Positions 1 to 10,906 of a stretch of 64,000 nucleotides of DNA are shown one piece after another. How positions within the stretch are numbered: position 1 is the stretch's first letter; each line of letters opens with the position of its first letter. The notes under the pieces are model-generated. The model saw only the letters and a list, made by a program, of their open reading frames with translations, did not search any database and was not told where the DNA came from. The position numbers were made by a program, and so were the translations under genes. Source of the DNA: a virus. Location of the stretch: the IMG/VR virus record IMGVR_UViG_3300027971_000039, positions 1 to 64,000 of that record. One strand, given 5' to 3'.

Positions 1-141
1 CTCGGGAACGGCATGGCAACTGCAAGGTACATACGGAAGAACAGCGAAAACTTTAATCGACTTGGGATACTGTACAAAATAAAAAAAAACCTGTTGTAAC
101 GAATAAAAAAATAATATAGAAATAAATTAAGGAGTAAGAAA

Positions 142-882
142 ATGGAAAACCAAAAGATTGTTAATGTAGCAGATCAAGCCCATCCTAAAATGTCCCCACG
201 GTATAAGACCGTCCAAACTAATCTTATTGCGCAGAAGTTCAAAGATCTTGGATTCATTGTAGATGGTGTGCATCATCGACGTTCTCGCACTTTGCAAGCC
301 GGTTATGGGCGGCATATGGTAAAGCTATCACATCCTGAACTACTCAAGTCAACCGATCATAATGATGTGAAGATGCAACTAATCGTCACGAATTCTTTTG
401 ACGGTTCTTCTGCATTCAAAATTCAACTCGGGTTCTTTCGGTTTGTATGTGCCAACGGAATGATTGTCGGTGAAACTCTTGAAAGCTATAAGCATAAACA
501 CACTGGAATGATTCTTGAAGAACTAGACGAGTCAATTGAACGGATTGCCGCACAAGTTAAGAATCTTTCAGGACTCCTCTCTAAAATGAAAGAAAAAAAT
601 CTTTCCACTGCACAGATAATCTCATTCGAGCATGAGGCCATGAAACTTCGGAGTGATAAAATTCAGGCAGTCGAGTGGACTGCTCGGCGTGAGGAAGATA
701 AGCCTTTGGATTTGTTCACTGTTTATAACCGAATTCAAGAGGATCTCGTGCGGGGCGGCACTGCTGCTACAAGTGCAAGTGGTCGGGTCCGTGTTCTCCG
801 TGAGATCAAAGGAGTCGACAAGCTCCGTGAATTGAACGAGAAATTGTTTGACCTTGCTGTCAAATATGTAGAAGCTGCATAA
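142..882 (+). CDS. DUF932/DUF945-family early protein
   Basis: Motifs NSFDGSSAFKIQLGFFRFVCANG, YNRIQEDL and LNEKLFDLA are typical of DUF932; AAGGAG RBS upstream; followed by a terminator. Confidence 0.8.
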   Translation: MENQKIVNVADQAHPKMSPRYKTVQTNLIAQKFKDLGFIVDGVHHRRSRTLQAGYGRHMVKLSHPELLKSTDHNDVKMQLIVTNSFDGSSAFKIQLGFFRFVCANGMIVGETLESYKHKHTGMILEELDESIERIAAQVKNLSGLLSKMKEKNLSTAQIISFEHEAMKLRSDKIQAVEWTARREEDKPLDLFTVYNRIQEDLVRGGTAATSASGRVRVLREIKGVDKLRELNEKLFDLAVKYVEAA

Positions 883-919
883 TATAACAAAAGTTTAGTC
901 TTGCCAAGGTAGGAGAGTC

Positions 920-941
920 AGCCCACGGAGGGGCTTTTTTT
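920..941 (+). terminator. Rho-independent terminator
   Basis: AGCCC-ACGGAG-GGGCT stem-loop followed by a T-run. Confidence 0.65.
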
Positions 942-1070
942 AGGAGTCAATATGAAAAAGCAGGACGTTTGTGCAATTGACGACATTTTAAAAACGCTAG
1001 AAATACCAGATGACAATGTAATGTTAGACACACTTTTAGAATTAGCAGAAGAACAAGAAAGGAAAGCAGC

Positions 1071-1457
1071 ATGAAACATCTTTCACAACACTTGATTATT
1101 GTTAGCACCTCACTTTCGAACCTTACAGAAGAGGAAAACAAAAAACGAAATGACGAACTCACTCGATACCTTAACCTCATGAGTATTCCACACGAAGAAC
1201 TAACAGGTCGATTTGGTGGAGTTAATGAATTGTGTGTCATGATGGACGGACAACATTCAAGAGTAGCTGAAATTGTGCTTCGAGATTATGATCAGGAATC
1301 ATATCTTGAGCACCATAGCGATCGAACGTGTGAACTTGTATTTGCCAATGGACACCGAAAGAAAATCGGTGTAATGCACGAAGTAACAGAAGTAGAAGCA
1401 TTAAAAAAATTAGCTTGGACAAAGACAAAAGACGGTAGATATTTTGTAGCGGAGTAA
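1071..1457 (+). CDS. S-adenosylmethionine lyase (T3 gp0.3 SAMase-like)
   Basis: Colinear with T3 SAMase as recalled: VS..SNL.EE.N..R, LTG.F...E, Y(D/E)QESYL, LVFANG, G..HEV, T..DGR.F.; position among the first early genes. Confidence 0.75.
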   Translation: MKHLSQHLIIVSTSLSNLTEEENKKRNDELTRYLNLMSIPHEELTGRFGGVNELCVMMDGQHSRVAEIVLRDYDQESYLEHHSDRTCELVFANGHRKKIGVMHEVTEVEALKKLAWTKTKDGRYFVAE

Positions 1458-2505
1458 TTATGACAAAGACAACGTGTGTACATGGTGTTGATTTAGACTG
1501 GGAATGTGACTTGTGTTGGGATTTAGTTGAAGAAGAAGTAAAAGCAAAAGAACAGGAGTCGAAATGAAACAAGAGATTATCATCGGATATAGGAACGGCG
1601 AACCAATCACAGAAGAGGGTGTGTTAATTAAAACAGCAGATCCGAGAATCACTGGCAAGATTTTCGAAGTCGAGGGTAAATACCTAGTGCGAGGTATGCC
1701 CGACAGCCCCCCGAAATGGTTTAATAAACTAAGCGAAGCTATCCAATACTGTCAACCAAGAATGAATGTGTGGTAAATATGGCCTATGTTCAAACGACCC
1801 TAACGGATTTATCTAATGGTAAAACCGAAGTTATTGATGGAACTATGAGTAATTCCGATATTGATTTGACTTTGTATTTGCTAAATAAAAATTACAAAAA
1901 ACTATACACAGTAGAGAGTAATCAAGAAGTTATCATTGCATACTCGGCAAACAAAGTCAAGATAGAATTAAAGATATCTAATGGTGATATGTGATGCTTT
2001 GGGTTGTTTTGTTCTTGTATTACGGAGTTATTCCTTATTTGATTGCTAAATTAATAGAATCAACATTGAGAAGGAGAGATAAAACTTGATTATTTTATAT
2101 GGAATGCTTTATGTGTCTATCGCGATTTTATCTTCCTCTTTTTTTTGGTTTGTGTTGGCTCTAATTGTTTATGGAAAATAAATAAAATTTTTTTATGACA
2201 TGGTTTGGTTTGTTTTTTCTGTTGATTTTAATTCTTTTATTTGGTTTATAATATTTATTGAGAGGTTCAAATGCTAACTGAATACAGCATCCATTTAAAT
2301 GGATACGGGCACTACAGAGTGAGTGCTTCTATCTATAAAGTACAAGCTACTGACGATTTGGAATGTGAAGTTGAACTAATTGAAGTTAAAAAGTTTGATG
2401 ACATCTTAGAAGATTATGCTGAATGTGATCCAACTGAAGATGAGTTATTGTTATTAGAAAAAGAAGTTGCTATTAAATTCTTTAACGCTTTACACTGAGG
2501 TATTT

Positions 2506-2862
2506 ATGGAAAAATTTCTACGCTATGGATGGAAAATTGTTACTGAAGAAAAAAAGAAAGCAGTTACTGTAAAATATATTCACAGCTTGATCGAAAAAAA
2601 TGTTTCATTTCGTGTGCTTGATGCTAAAACAAGAGAAGATCTTACACAAGATATGATTCGGGTTCATTTAAATAGAGGCCGAAGTAAAAATGATCAAATC
2701 CTTGACCCAAACATCTACGGTCCAGATAAACCATTGAACGAAGTTAAATACTATTCTTGTAATGATTGTAAAACACCAACAACCAATCGGTTTAAATGCA
2801 CAACATGCTGGGACGAATGTACAGAAAACACGGATGTTGATTTTCTTTATCACACTCTTTAA
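2506..2862 (+). CDS. PhaR/PHB_acc_N-like DNA-binding protein with C-terminal Zn finger
   Basis: VTVKYIHSLIEKNVSFRVLDAKTREDLT resembles the PhaR N-domain (..F.V.DAKTGEDLT); CxxC..CxxC at the C-terminus; start moved to ATG 2506 after GAGG. Confidence 0.5.
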   Translation: MEKFLRYGWKIVTEEKKKAVTVKYIHSLIEKNVSFRVLDAKTREDLTQDMIRVHLNRGRSKNDQILDPNIYGPDKPLNEVKYYSCNDCKTPTTNRFKCTTCWDECTENTDVDFLYHTL

Positions 2863-2873
2863 GTTGAGGTAAT

Positions 2874-3002
2874 ATGATTCGAGTTATTTTTGTATTGGTT
2901 TTGTTTATGTCGGGATGTAGGACGGTAGCAACAAAATCAGATTGTAGCGCGGTGCGTTGTATGCCAGAAGAACATAACCCAACATACTGGAGGCAAAGAT
3001 GA
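2874..3002 (+). CDS. small putative lipoprotein (not in ORF track)
   Basis: MIRVIFVLVLFMSGC: hydrophobic signal plus lipobox; GAGG RBS; 42 aa. Confidence 0.5.
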   Translation: MIRVIFVLVLFMSGCRTVATKSDCSAVRCMPEEHNPTYWRQR

Positions 3003-3234
3003 GTAACGACATAAAAAAACAAAGAGTTAAAAAGTTATTAGATTCAATCCAAGAAGCAGCGAATCAGTTAATTGATATTGGAACTGAAACAGAACCATCA
3101 ACCTTGGTTATGAGTCTTGCGATGTCTGCATATGAATTAGATCTAATGCAAGAAGCGGCAGACAAGTTCTCTTCATTAAAAGGTACGACAGATAATCAAA
3201 CTGAAATAATTGAATTTAAACCAAAGGACATGCA

Positions 3235-3696
3235 ATGAGATTAATATATCTTTTATTCTTAGCTTTGTTATTACCCTTCAATATCGCAACAAGCAGCTTC
3301 CATGATAAATCACTTAACGCAATCTACAGAGAAGCAGCTAAAACAAATGGCATTCATGTTGGACTTCTTAGAGCTGTTTGTGAAATTGAATCTAAACATA
3401 ACCTAAAAATTAAAAAGGTATGGGATGGAGGTTCATATTCATATGGCATATGCCAAGTAAAACTCGGTACTGCTAGGCTAATGGGGTTTAAAGGTAAAGA
3501 ACAACAGTTGATCGACCCCAAAACAAATATCAATTATGCTTCTAAATACTTAGCCTACCAACTGAAACGATATAAAGGTGATTATAAAAAAGCTATTGTA
3601 TCTTACAATAGAGGAAGCTATAATAAAGATGAGGTAATACCATACTCTGGTAAAGTTGCCTTAGCTTTTCTAAAAGACACATTGAAAGGAAATTAA
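3235..3696 (+). CDS. soluble lytic transglycosylase (SLT domain) with signal peptide
   Basis: AVCEIES catalytic Glu, GICQV, NINYASKYL and SYNRG motifs. Confidence 0.85.
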   Translation: MRLIYLLFLALLLPFNIATSSFHDKSLNAIYREAAKTNGIHVGLLRAVCEIESKHNLKIKKVWDGGSYSYGICQVKLGTARLMGFKGKEQQLIDPKTNINYASKYLAYQLKRYKGDYKKAIVSYNRGSYNKDEVIPYSGKVALAFLKDTLKGN

Positions 3697-3698
3697 TA

Positions 3699-3962
3699 AT
3701 GTCAACACGTATTCGTTATGTCAAAAACACCGAAGGTAATCTTGTAACCAAAGCACCCCTCCTCGTAGCAGGAGATCTACTCACAGTCACCCTTGTTCCA
3801 GGAGAACTTAGTTATGTCATCACTAACGCGAACAATGGTCAGCTAGTAACACAAGATGCAGCTATCTCGATGCAGATGCTCAAGATCAAGGTGAAGAAGG
3901 AGCTTAGGTCTAGAGGTGCGGTATTCAATGATGAGGTGAGAACGAGGGGACCGGCTGAATAA
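3699..3962 (+). CDS. hypothetical protein
   Basis: Clean ORF coupled to the upstream gene and followed by a terminator. Confidence 0.6.
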   Translation: MSTRIRYVKNTEGNLVTKAPLLVAGDLLTVTLVPGELSYVITNANNGQLVTQDAAISMQMLKIKVKKELRSRGAVFNDEVRTRGPAE

Positions 3963-3989
3963 AATAGTCCTTGCATCATGGGGGACAAC

Positions 3990-4022
3990 GGGGTAGCTCT
4001 TGGGTAGGGGCTACCCCTTTTT
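3990..4022 (+). terminator. Rho-independent terminator
   Basis: GGGGTAGCTCT...GGGGCTACCCC stem followed by TTTTT. Confidence 0.7.
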
Positions 4023-4334
4023 ATTGGAGAGATTATGAAAATTATAATTTATTTGTCTATACTAGGTTTCATATATTTAAATAGTTTTGCATCCAAAGAC
4101 AACGTAACGAGTAGTGTAACCAGCAAGGTAATATACAGAGAAGTTAGTCTACAAGCTAATTCGTTTCAAAAAGAAGGGGGAGGATTTTTTAATATACCAT
4201 TTCCACTTACACCATATGATGCTACAACGTATTAATCGTTCGCACTTTATGTGCTCACTTACAGTTACAAGGTAATCACCATACGTACCTTCTTGGTACC
4301 ATACTTTTAAAATTAATTCAAGGAGTGGAAAATC

Positions 4335-4562
4335 ATGGATCTTCAACAGGCTGTAAATAGTTTGAGTGATATCGTAAACTTGGGTGAGCCAAAGAAAAAT
4401 TTGTGCATCACTTTAAAGCACGGTGAAAGTGTATCACTACTGAATGGATTAATTGAAATTGAAGTTGATTTTAAAAAAAAATCAAATGGTGTTCTTCTTA
4501 GATTTAATGCCCCAAGATTTGTAACAATCTTTCGTAAAAAGAAAGAAGTAACAAATGTATAA
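4335..4562 (+). CDS. csrA: CsrA/RsmA-like RNA-binding protein
   Basis: LCITLKHGESVSL..IEIEV...NGVLLRFNAPRFVTIFR aligns with CsrA ML(I/V)LTR..GE.I.I...I.V.V....NQVRIG.NAP..V.I.R, including the RNA-binding Arg. Confidence 0.65.
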   Translation: MDLQQAVNSLSDIVNLGEPKKNLCITLKHGESVSLLNGLIEIEVDFKKKSNGVLLRFNAPRFVTIFRKKKEVTNV

Positions 4563-4770
4563 ATACATAACATTATTGATAATTTTATTTTTAATTGGTT
4601 TAGTTACTTCTTGTGGACCATATCAAGTAAATGTTACACATAAAATAGAAATAGATTTAACACAACTAGAGAATTACTTCAGAGCTATATGCGAAGAAGA
4701 ACAACCTCAAAATATTGAGGGATGTGTAGATGCAAAAACATCAGATTTTTTAAATAAAATTTTACTTTAG
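4555..4770 (+). CDS. putative lipoprotein
   Basis: Hydrophobic N-terminus ending in LVTSC lipobox. Confidence 0.5.
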   Translation: MYKYITLLIILFLIGLVTSCGPYQVNVTHKIEIDLTQLENYFRAICEEEQPQNIEGCVDAKTSDFLNKILL

Positions 4771-4822
4771 TGAAAAAATTTATTAATATTTTGAAGGTTT
4801 ATTAATAGATTTCACACTAAAT

Positions 4823-4874
4823 GTGGGGGAGACCAGTTAACGAGACTGCTGGTCCCCCCGCTTCTTTATTTTTT
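4823..4874 (+). terminator. Rho-independent terminator
   Basis: GGGGGAGACCAG...CTGGTCCCCCC stem followed by a T-rich tract. Confidence 0.6.
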
Positions 4875-5442
4875 AATATTAAGAAAGAATAATAAATGAA
4901 TCACATTGATATTTTATATCGAACATTTCGAACTTTAGGTTTTAATCTTTCTGCTAAATTAGAAGAAAATCCAGACGATAATTACCTAAGAGGTATGCTT
5001 GAGGGCATTAGAATGGCCGACTCCTTAGTAAACGCTTGGGAGATGGAGACAAGTAATTTAACTGACCTTCTTGAATCTAAACATCTACCATTGCCAAGCG
5101 ACGAATCAAATAACCAATGATTACAACATTAATTTCAATCACAGGTTTGTATCTATTATCTTGTGTAATGATTGCTTTTGTTTACGAAGGAATGGATGAC
5201 ACATGATGTTATTTTTAGGATTAGTTATTGGAATGATTACAAATTTTGCTTTTTATGTATGGGGATTTAGAGATGGACTTAAAGAAGGAAGAGCTATTAA
5301 ATCACTTTCTAAATGAAATAAAAAAACAACTCGAATCTAAATCAGATATCGGGTTTATTCCCGAAGAAGAATTAACTTATCTAACAAAAGAAGTTCTTTC
5401 TTTACTTGCTAAAGTAGCAACTAAAAGATTTACGGAGTATTG

Positions 5443-5901
5443 ATGAATATCTTTTATGTAGACAAAGATCCTGTTATCGCGGCCCAACAACTTGTTGATA
5501 AGCACGTTGTTAAGATGCCCCTAGAAACTGCGCAATTGCTCTGTAGCGCGTTTCCTCAAGGCGAAGCACCCTACCGCCGCACTCACTACAATCACCCCTC
5601 TGCTGTCTGGACTAGGCGCTCTCGTGCTAATTATGAATGGCTTATTAAACACGGATTAGCATTGAGTGAAGAATACACTAAACGCTATGGTAAGCAGCAT
5701 AAAAGTAATATAGTGATTCTTTGGTGCCAAGCCAATATTGATCGAATCGAGTGGGAGGAGGATTTTTTCACCGAACCCCCAGAATGTATGCCCAATGAAT
5801 GTAAAACAGGCGACACAGTGCAATCGTATCGTGAATATTATCGTAAACATAAATCATATATTTATAGGTGGACAAACAGTGAAAGACCAACATGGACCTG
5901 A
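5443..5901 (+). CDS. pyrimidine-dimer DNA glycosylase (DenV/endonuclease V family)
   Basis: MNIFYVD.DP..AA..L.DKHVVKM.LE.AQLL, H.NHPS..W and YR.YY signatures. Confidence 0.85.
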   Translation: MNIFYVDKDPVIAAQQLVDKHVVKMPLETAQLLCSAFPQGEAPYRRTHYNHPSAVWTRRSRANYEWLIKHGLALSEEYTKRYGKQHKSNIVILWCQANIDRIEWEEDFFTEPPECMPNECKTGDTVQSYREYYRKHKSYIYRWTNSERPTWT

Positions 5902-7011
5902 TCTAATGGATTATATTTTGGGTAATTTTGAACATTTAGAAGAATTAACACAACAATATCGTGAAAGAAAAAAACAATTAAAAGAAAAAGATCCTCTTTT
6001 TAAAGAAGAAATAGACGAACAGTACAAAGACCACATTAAATATCTTATCTGCTTAGAAATAAGTAGAGATATGGCTTGCTCTTATGAAGAAGCCGTTGTA
6101 TTATATGAAGAGATTGGATTAGGTGAATTGTTTGTATAAACTTTTAAATTTTATTTTAATAATTTGGGGAATAACATTGATTATTTTTATGATTGCAAGG
6201 GTGGTTTTGCGTGGAAAATAACGTTGTTTATGTTGTGGTTATTTCAGGTGAGTGGGGAGAAGACACCGGAATTCACTCTGTTTATTCATCTGAAACCGCT
6301 GCTGAAAAAGTAAGACAAGAAATTGAATCTAATTTATCGGAAGATATGATTGTTTATGTTGAATCACATGAACTCAATGATTGAATTAAATGAACTAACA
6401 CAACTTCGAATAAAAGCAAGCGCAAAATACACAGCAAGTAAAATTGAAAACAAAAATAGAAGAGAAGATTTTCTATTTGTTATAACAAATATCTTGAGTG
6501 TTTTAAAAACTTGTCAATTTGAAGAATCTTTTATCAGAGCCAAAAAAATGATTGTAAAACTTGAGGCACAATTAGATGATACGAGATGTCCTCAAAGTGA
6601 CCTATCTGCTTTCTTTAATCCTCGCTACAAATACGATCAACTTGCATTTGACTTAGCACGAGAAGCAATTGATAAAATTGAAATTAAATTTATCAAAGGC
6701 TACTCAGAATGAGTTTATATCGCTTCACTTGTTCTTATTGCGGAAAAAAATGGGAAATGACATTCAAATACAAAAACGTATTTTGTAATGACTGTAAAGA
6801 CAAGAACATTAAATGTGAAGAAATTAAAAAAGACAATTACTATGATTCAGAAAATGAATCTACTGAACAAGAAAACCAACATGACTATTGGAGAGACTAA
6901 TGTGTTTAATGTGCATTGAGATCCAAAAAGGATTAATTACACCAAATGAGTTTGCTAAAAAAATTGATATGGTTCTTAGAGAAGACCCAGGTCATGCGGA
7001 GGAATTGATAC

Positions 7012-7533
7012 GTGCCCTCACCAAAGCAGACGAAAAATACTTGGAAAAACTGGATAAATATTTACACGAACAACTTACTGAACAGCTCGTTGATATTTTT
7101 TCTATTAAGTAACAGCATAGCTTGCGGCCAACAATACGAACAAAACAATTTTAAAATCAACGCTGATTTTCAAAATTACGTTGATTTATTTGAAGAAAAA
7201 ATAAAACAAAAAGTCAAAATTGATATTGATTATAATAAATTAGAATACCCAATTGTTGGTGTTTGTATAACTTATACAAACGGCTACAAAGAAATACAAA
7301 TAGACAGTGACTCTTGGGTTGAATATGATGAAAATTATAGAGAAGAATTGATTTTTCATGAATTAGGGCATTGTGTTTTAGGCAGAGATCATGATAATTC
7401 TATTATAGAAGGTTACAGAGTACCAAAAAGTATAATGTACCCATACATTTTTGGTTATGCTTATAATAAATATAAAGTTTATTATTTAGAAGAACTTAAA
7501 AATGAAGAAACAGACTGGACAACATATTTTTAA
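7012..7533 (+). CDS. metzincin-type zinc metallopeptidase, possible lipoprotein
   Basis: HELGHCVLGRDH zinc motif and SIMYP Met-turn; IACG lipobox; the true start is probably downstream of 7012. Confidence 0.7.
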   Translation: MPSPKQTKNTWKNWINIYTNNLLNSSLIFFLLSNSIACGQQYEQNNFKINADFQNYVDLFEEKIKQKVKIDIDYNKLEYPIVGVCITYTNGYKEIQIDSDSWVEYDENYREELIFHELGHCVLGRDHDNSIIEGYRVPKSIMYPYIFGYAYNKYKVYYLEELKNEETDWTTYF

Positions 7534-7546
7534 TGGAGTATTCTTT

Positions 7547-7714
7547 ATGAGTAATAAATTAAACACAGGTGGCGTTAGTTTTGAATCAAGTCGAAATGCT
7601 TACAGAGGAACGGTAACAATTAACCGAGTCCGATTGAAAACAAAACGTTATTCAACTCGACTTGGTGCTAAACGTGCTTTAAATAAACTCATTAGAGAAA
7701 TGACCAATAACTAA
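7547..7714 (+). CDS. small basic AP2-like DNA-binding protein
   Basis: GVSF..SRNAYRGTVTIN.....KRYST...A..A pattern resembles AP2/Arm three-stranded sheet plus helix. Confidence 0.45.
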   Translation: MSNKLNTGGVSFESSRNAYRGTVTINRVRLKTKRYSTRLGAKRALNKLIREMTNN

Positions 7715-7755
7715 AAGTAAGTGTGTGGGTTATCCTCCTTTCCCATACACAAACA

Positions 7756-7812
7756 GGGCACCAGTGCTGAACACCTGCACACCCCTCCATCACTGGTGTC
7801 CTTTTTTATTTT
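7756..7812 (+). terminator. long-loop hairpin with U-tract
   Basis: GGGCACCAGTG/CACTGGTGTCC 11-bp stem followed by TTTTTT. Confidence 0.6.
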
Positions 7813-8239
7813 ATTATGAAAATATCAATTGGAAGTAAAAGTCAAAAAAAAGACATCATCAAAATAATTCAACTAAATATTCAAAATGGATATAATATAT
7901 ATTCAGATCAAAATGAATATTATGTTGACGTATTAACAGATGGTTTAACGTATAGAGCACCAGACGCAATTTTTTTATCTATTGATGAATCTGTAAAAAA
8001 GGTTAATTAATATGTTTAAACAAGGCAATGTTTATAAGCACATAAATTGTCTTGATATTTGTTTTCGTGTTGATTCTATTCTTGAAAAAGATAATGGTGA
8101 TATTGAACTAATTGGTTTGTGGTTAAATCAACATTATGATATGATACCAATATGTGAAGATCATATCTTAATTGAAAAAGATAAAATTAAAAAATGGAAA
8201 CAATTATTATAAAATAAACACCAATTAAAAGGAGACAAC

Positions 8240-10129
8240 ATGAGCAAAACACCTTGGGGAGAATTGGGTTACATCACATATAAAAGAACATATGCTAGAA
8301 GAATCAAAGAGAATTCGGAACAAACGGAAGAGTTTGAACAAACGGTTGACCGTGTTATTAAATCGACAAAAAATCAACTCAAAGTGGGCTTCACTGAACA
8401 AGAAGAGTCTCGCCTCAAAGAAATCCTTATTAGTTTAAAGGGTAGTGTTGCTGGGCGATTCTTATGGCAACTAGGAACTAAAACAGTAGATAAACTAGGT
8501 TTAGCCTCACTTCAAAACTGTGCAGTTACTTTGGTGAACGAACCCATTCGCCCCTTTACTTGGGCAATGGATATGCTCATGCTTGGCAGCGGAGTTGGAT
8601 ATAACATTCAACGTGAATATGTATATGAGCTACCCAAAGTACAAAAAGCAAAAATAATTAGACAAGATTCAAAAGACGCTGATTTTATTGTTCCAGATAC
8701 AAGGGAAGGTTGGGTTGAACTTCTTGAACGAACTCTTAGAGCACATTTCGTTACTGGTAGAGGATTTACTTTCTCGACTATTTGCATCAGAGGAAAAGGA
8801 ACAGCAATCAAAGGATTCGGAGGAGTAGCATCTGGCGCAGAAGAATTGTGCTGGGGAATTGAACAGATCAATAGAATCTTAAATGATCGTTCAAATAAAA
8901 AAGTAAGACCTATTGATTGCCTTGATATAATGAACATCATCGGCTACATAGTTGTCGCTGGTAACGTTCGACGCTCTGCACAAATCGCAATTGGTGACAT
9001 GGACGACCTACAGTTCCTAAATGCAAAACGTTGGGATTTAGGCAACGTTCCAAACTGGAGAGCAATGTCAAACAATTCCGTTGTTTGTAATGACATGGCT
9101 CTTCTTCCTGAACAGTTTTGGCAAGGATACATGGGCAACGGCGAACCATATGGATTAATCAACCTGGGCCTCGCTAGGTCTATTGGTAGGGTGGGAGAAA
9201 CACAATACCCAGACCCAGATGTTATTGGATTTAATCCATGTGCTGAACAATCATTAGCAGATAAAGAAACCTGTTGCCTAGCTGAAATCTTTCTCCCTAA
9301 TATTGAATCAGAAGATGAGTTATTTGAAGTTGCAACATATCTTTATCGTATCAATAAACATTCATTATCACTTCCTTGCCATCACCCAGAAACACAAGAT
9401 ATTGTGAATTACAATATGAGGATGGGTATTGGTATAACTGGCTACCTCCAAGCGACAAAAGAGCAAAGAAGCTGGTTACCAAATGTCTATAAAGCCCTGC
9501 GAAAGTATGATAAAGATTATAGTGAACACAATGGGTTTAATCCATCTATTAAACTTACAACAGTAAAACCAAGCGGAACTCTTTCATTACTTGCTGGTGT
9601 AACACCAGGCGTTCATCCTGGTTATTCACAGTATTACATTAGGAGAATACGCATTGCTTCAACATCTCCTCTTGTAAATGTATGTAGGAAAAATGGATAT
9701 GAAGTCGAATTCCAACGTAATTTTGATGGTACTCTTGATAACAATACTGTGGTTGTATCTTTCCCTTGCTCTTTTCCTGCCGGAACAACTTTAGCAAAAG
9801 ATGTAACGGCAATTGATCAACTCAATTTTGTAAAAGAATTACAAACAAATTGGAGCGACAATTCGGTAAGTTGTACCGTTTATTATCGAAAAGAAGAACT
9901 GCCAGAAATTAAACAATGGTTAAATCAAAATTATAATACGTGTGTTAAAACCGTTAGTTTTCTTCTTCACAATGAACATGGATTTGACCAAGCACCCCTT
10001 GAAGAAATAACTAAAGACATGTATGATAAAATTGTATCTAATGTGACACCAATCACATCTTGTGAAATAAAAGAAACCGATATTCAGGACTCCTTCGAGT
10101 GCATCGGAGGAGCGTGCCCAATCAAATGA
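8240..10129 (+). CDS. nrdJ: class II (adenosylcobalamin-dependent) ribonucleotide reductase, monomeric RTPR type
   Basis: TYKRTYAR, GNVRRSA, NPCAEQ catalytic loop, TVKPSGT and C-terminal CxGGACP redox pair. Confidence 0.92.
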   Translation: MSKTPWGELGYITYKRTYARRIKENSEQTEEFEQTVDRVIKSTKNQLKVGFTEQEESRLKEILISLKGSVAGRFLWQLGTKTVDKLGLASLQNCAVTLVNEPIRPFTWAMDMLMLGSGVGYNIQREYVYELPKVQKAKIIRQDSKDADFIVPDTREGWVELLERTLRAHFVTGRGFTFSTICIRGKGTAIKGFGGVASGAEELCWGIEQINRILNDRSNKKVRPIDCLDIMNIIGYIVVAGNVRRSAQIAIGDMDDLQFLNAKRWDLGNVPNWRAMSNNSVVCNDMALLPEQFWQGYMGNGEPYGLINLGLARSIGRVGETQYPDPDVIGFNPCAEQSLADKETCCLAEIFLPNIESEDELFEVATYLYRINKHSLSLPCHHPETQDIVNYNMRMGIGITGYLQATKEQRSWLPNVYKALRKYDKDYSEHNGFNPSIKLTTVKPSGTLSLLAGVTPGVHPGYSQYYIRRIRIASTSPLVNVCRKNGYEVEFQRNFDGTLDNNTVVVSFPCSFPAGTTLAKDVTAIDQLNFVKELQTNWSDNSVSCTVYYRKEELPEIKQWLNQNYNTCVKTVSFLLHNEHGFDQAPLEEITKDMYDKIVSNVTPITSCEIKETDIQDSFECIGGACPIK

Positions 10130-10906
10130 GTTACGATGATTTTTTTTATACACCAAACAGATCAACAACTGCACCAATACCCGGTGTATATAGGTACGAA
10201 TTAATTCCAGCAGAAACCCCAGTTGATTACTATATAGATCTATTTTACGTTTTTGGTCAAGGTTCTGATGAAGAAGTTCTAGAAGCAATGGAAGATACTG
10301 TCTATCTAAAAACAGGCGAATGGTTGACAATTAACACAGACGGTAATATAGAAGTTCAAAAAAAAGAAAGGCACTTAAAATTAGTGGTGACAAATGGATA
10401 AATTACAAAAGTATAAAAACTTATACCCAACAAAAGATGGCTTAGATAACTTAGTTTTACACGAATCAGGTAAAGTAAGTATCCCAAAATGGTTAATTCA
10501 TTTATTATTGAATGAATCTGGAATAAAATCCAGGAAGAAAAGAATTTTAAAAAAGGTTTTAAAAAGACAACTACAAAAACTTTTAGAACGTTATGTTGAA
10601 GAAAACACCAACACATAATTTTGAAATTAAAACATCGGATGGTACATACGTTGTTACAGTTGGTTTATCTTCTAACTTAGAAGATAAAAGAATAAATGCT
10701 CTATATAGTAACGGGACAATAACGACCTGGATATCTAATTTTTGGTGGGACATTCCAGAAGACGAAAAAGATGAAAATGCAAACAAAGATGCGGAACCAC
10801 CTAAACCCAAACATTGTTGGCATGAGTGGAAAGAATACATCGGGTTCACGGAAAGATATTGGTACTGCCAAAAATGTGATGCAAAATCCACGGAGAATCC
10901 AAACAA

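Noticed and set aside
1-126. Genome terminal repeat or att site
   Set aside because: No second copy seen in the window and no integrase; cannot be assessed here.
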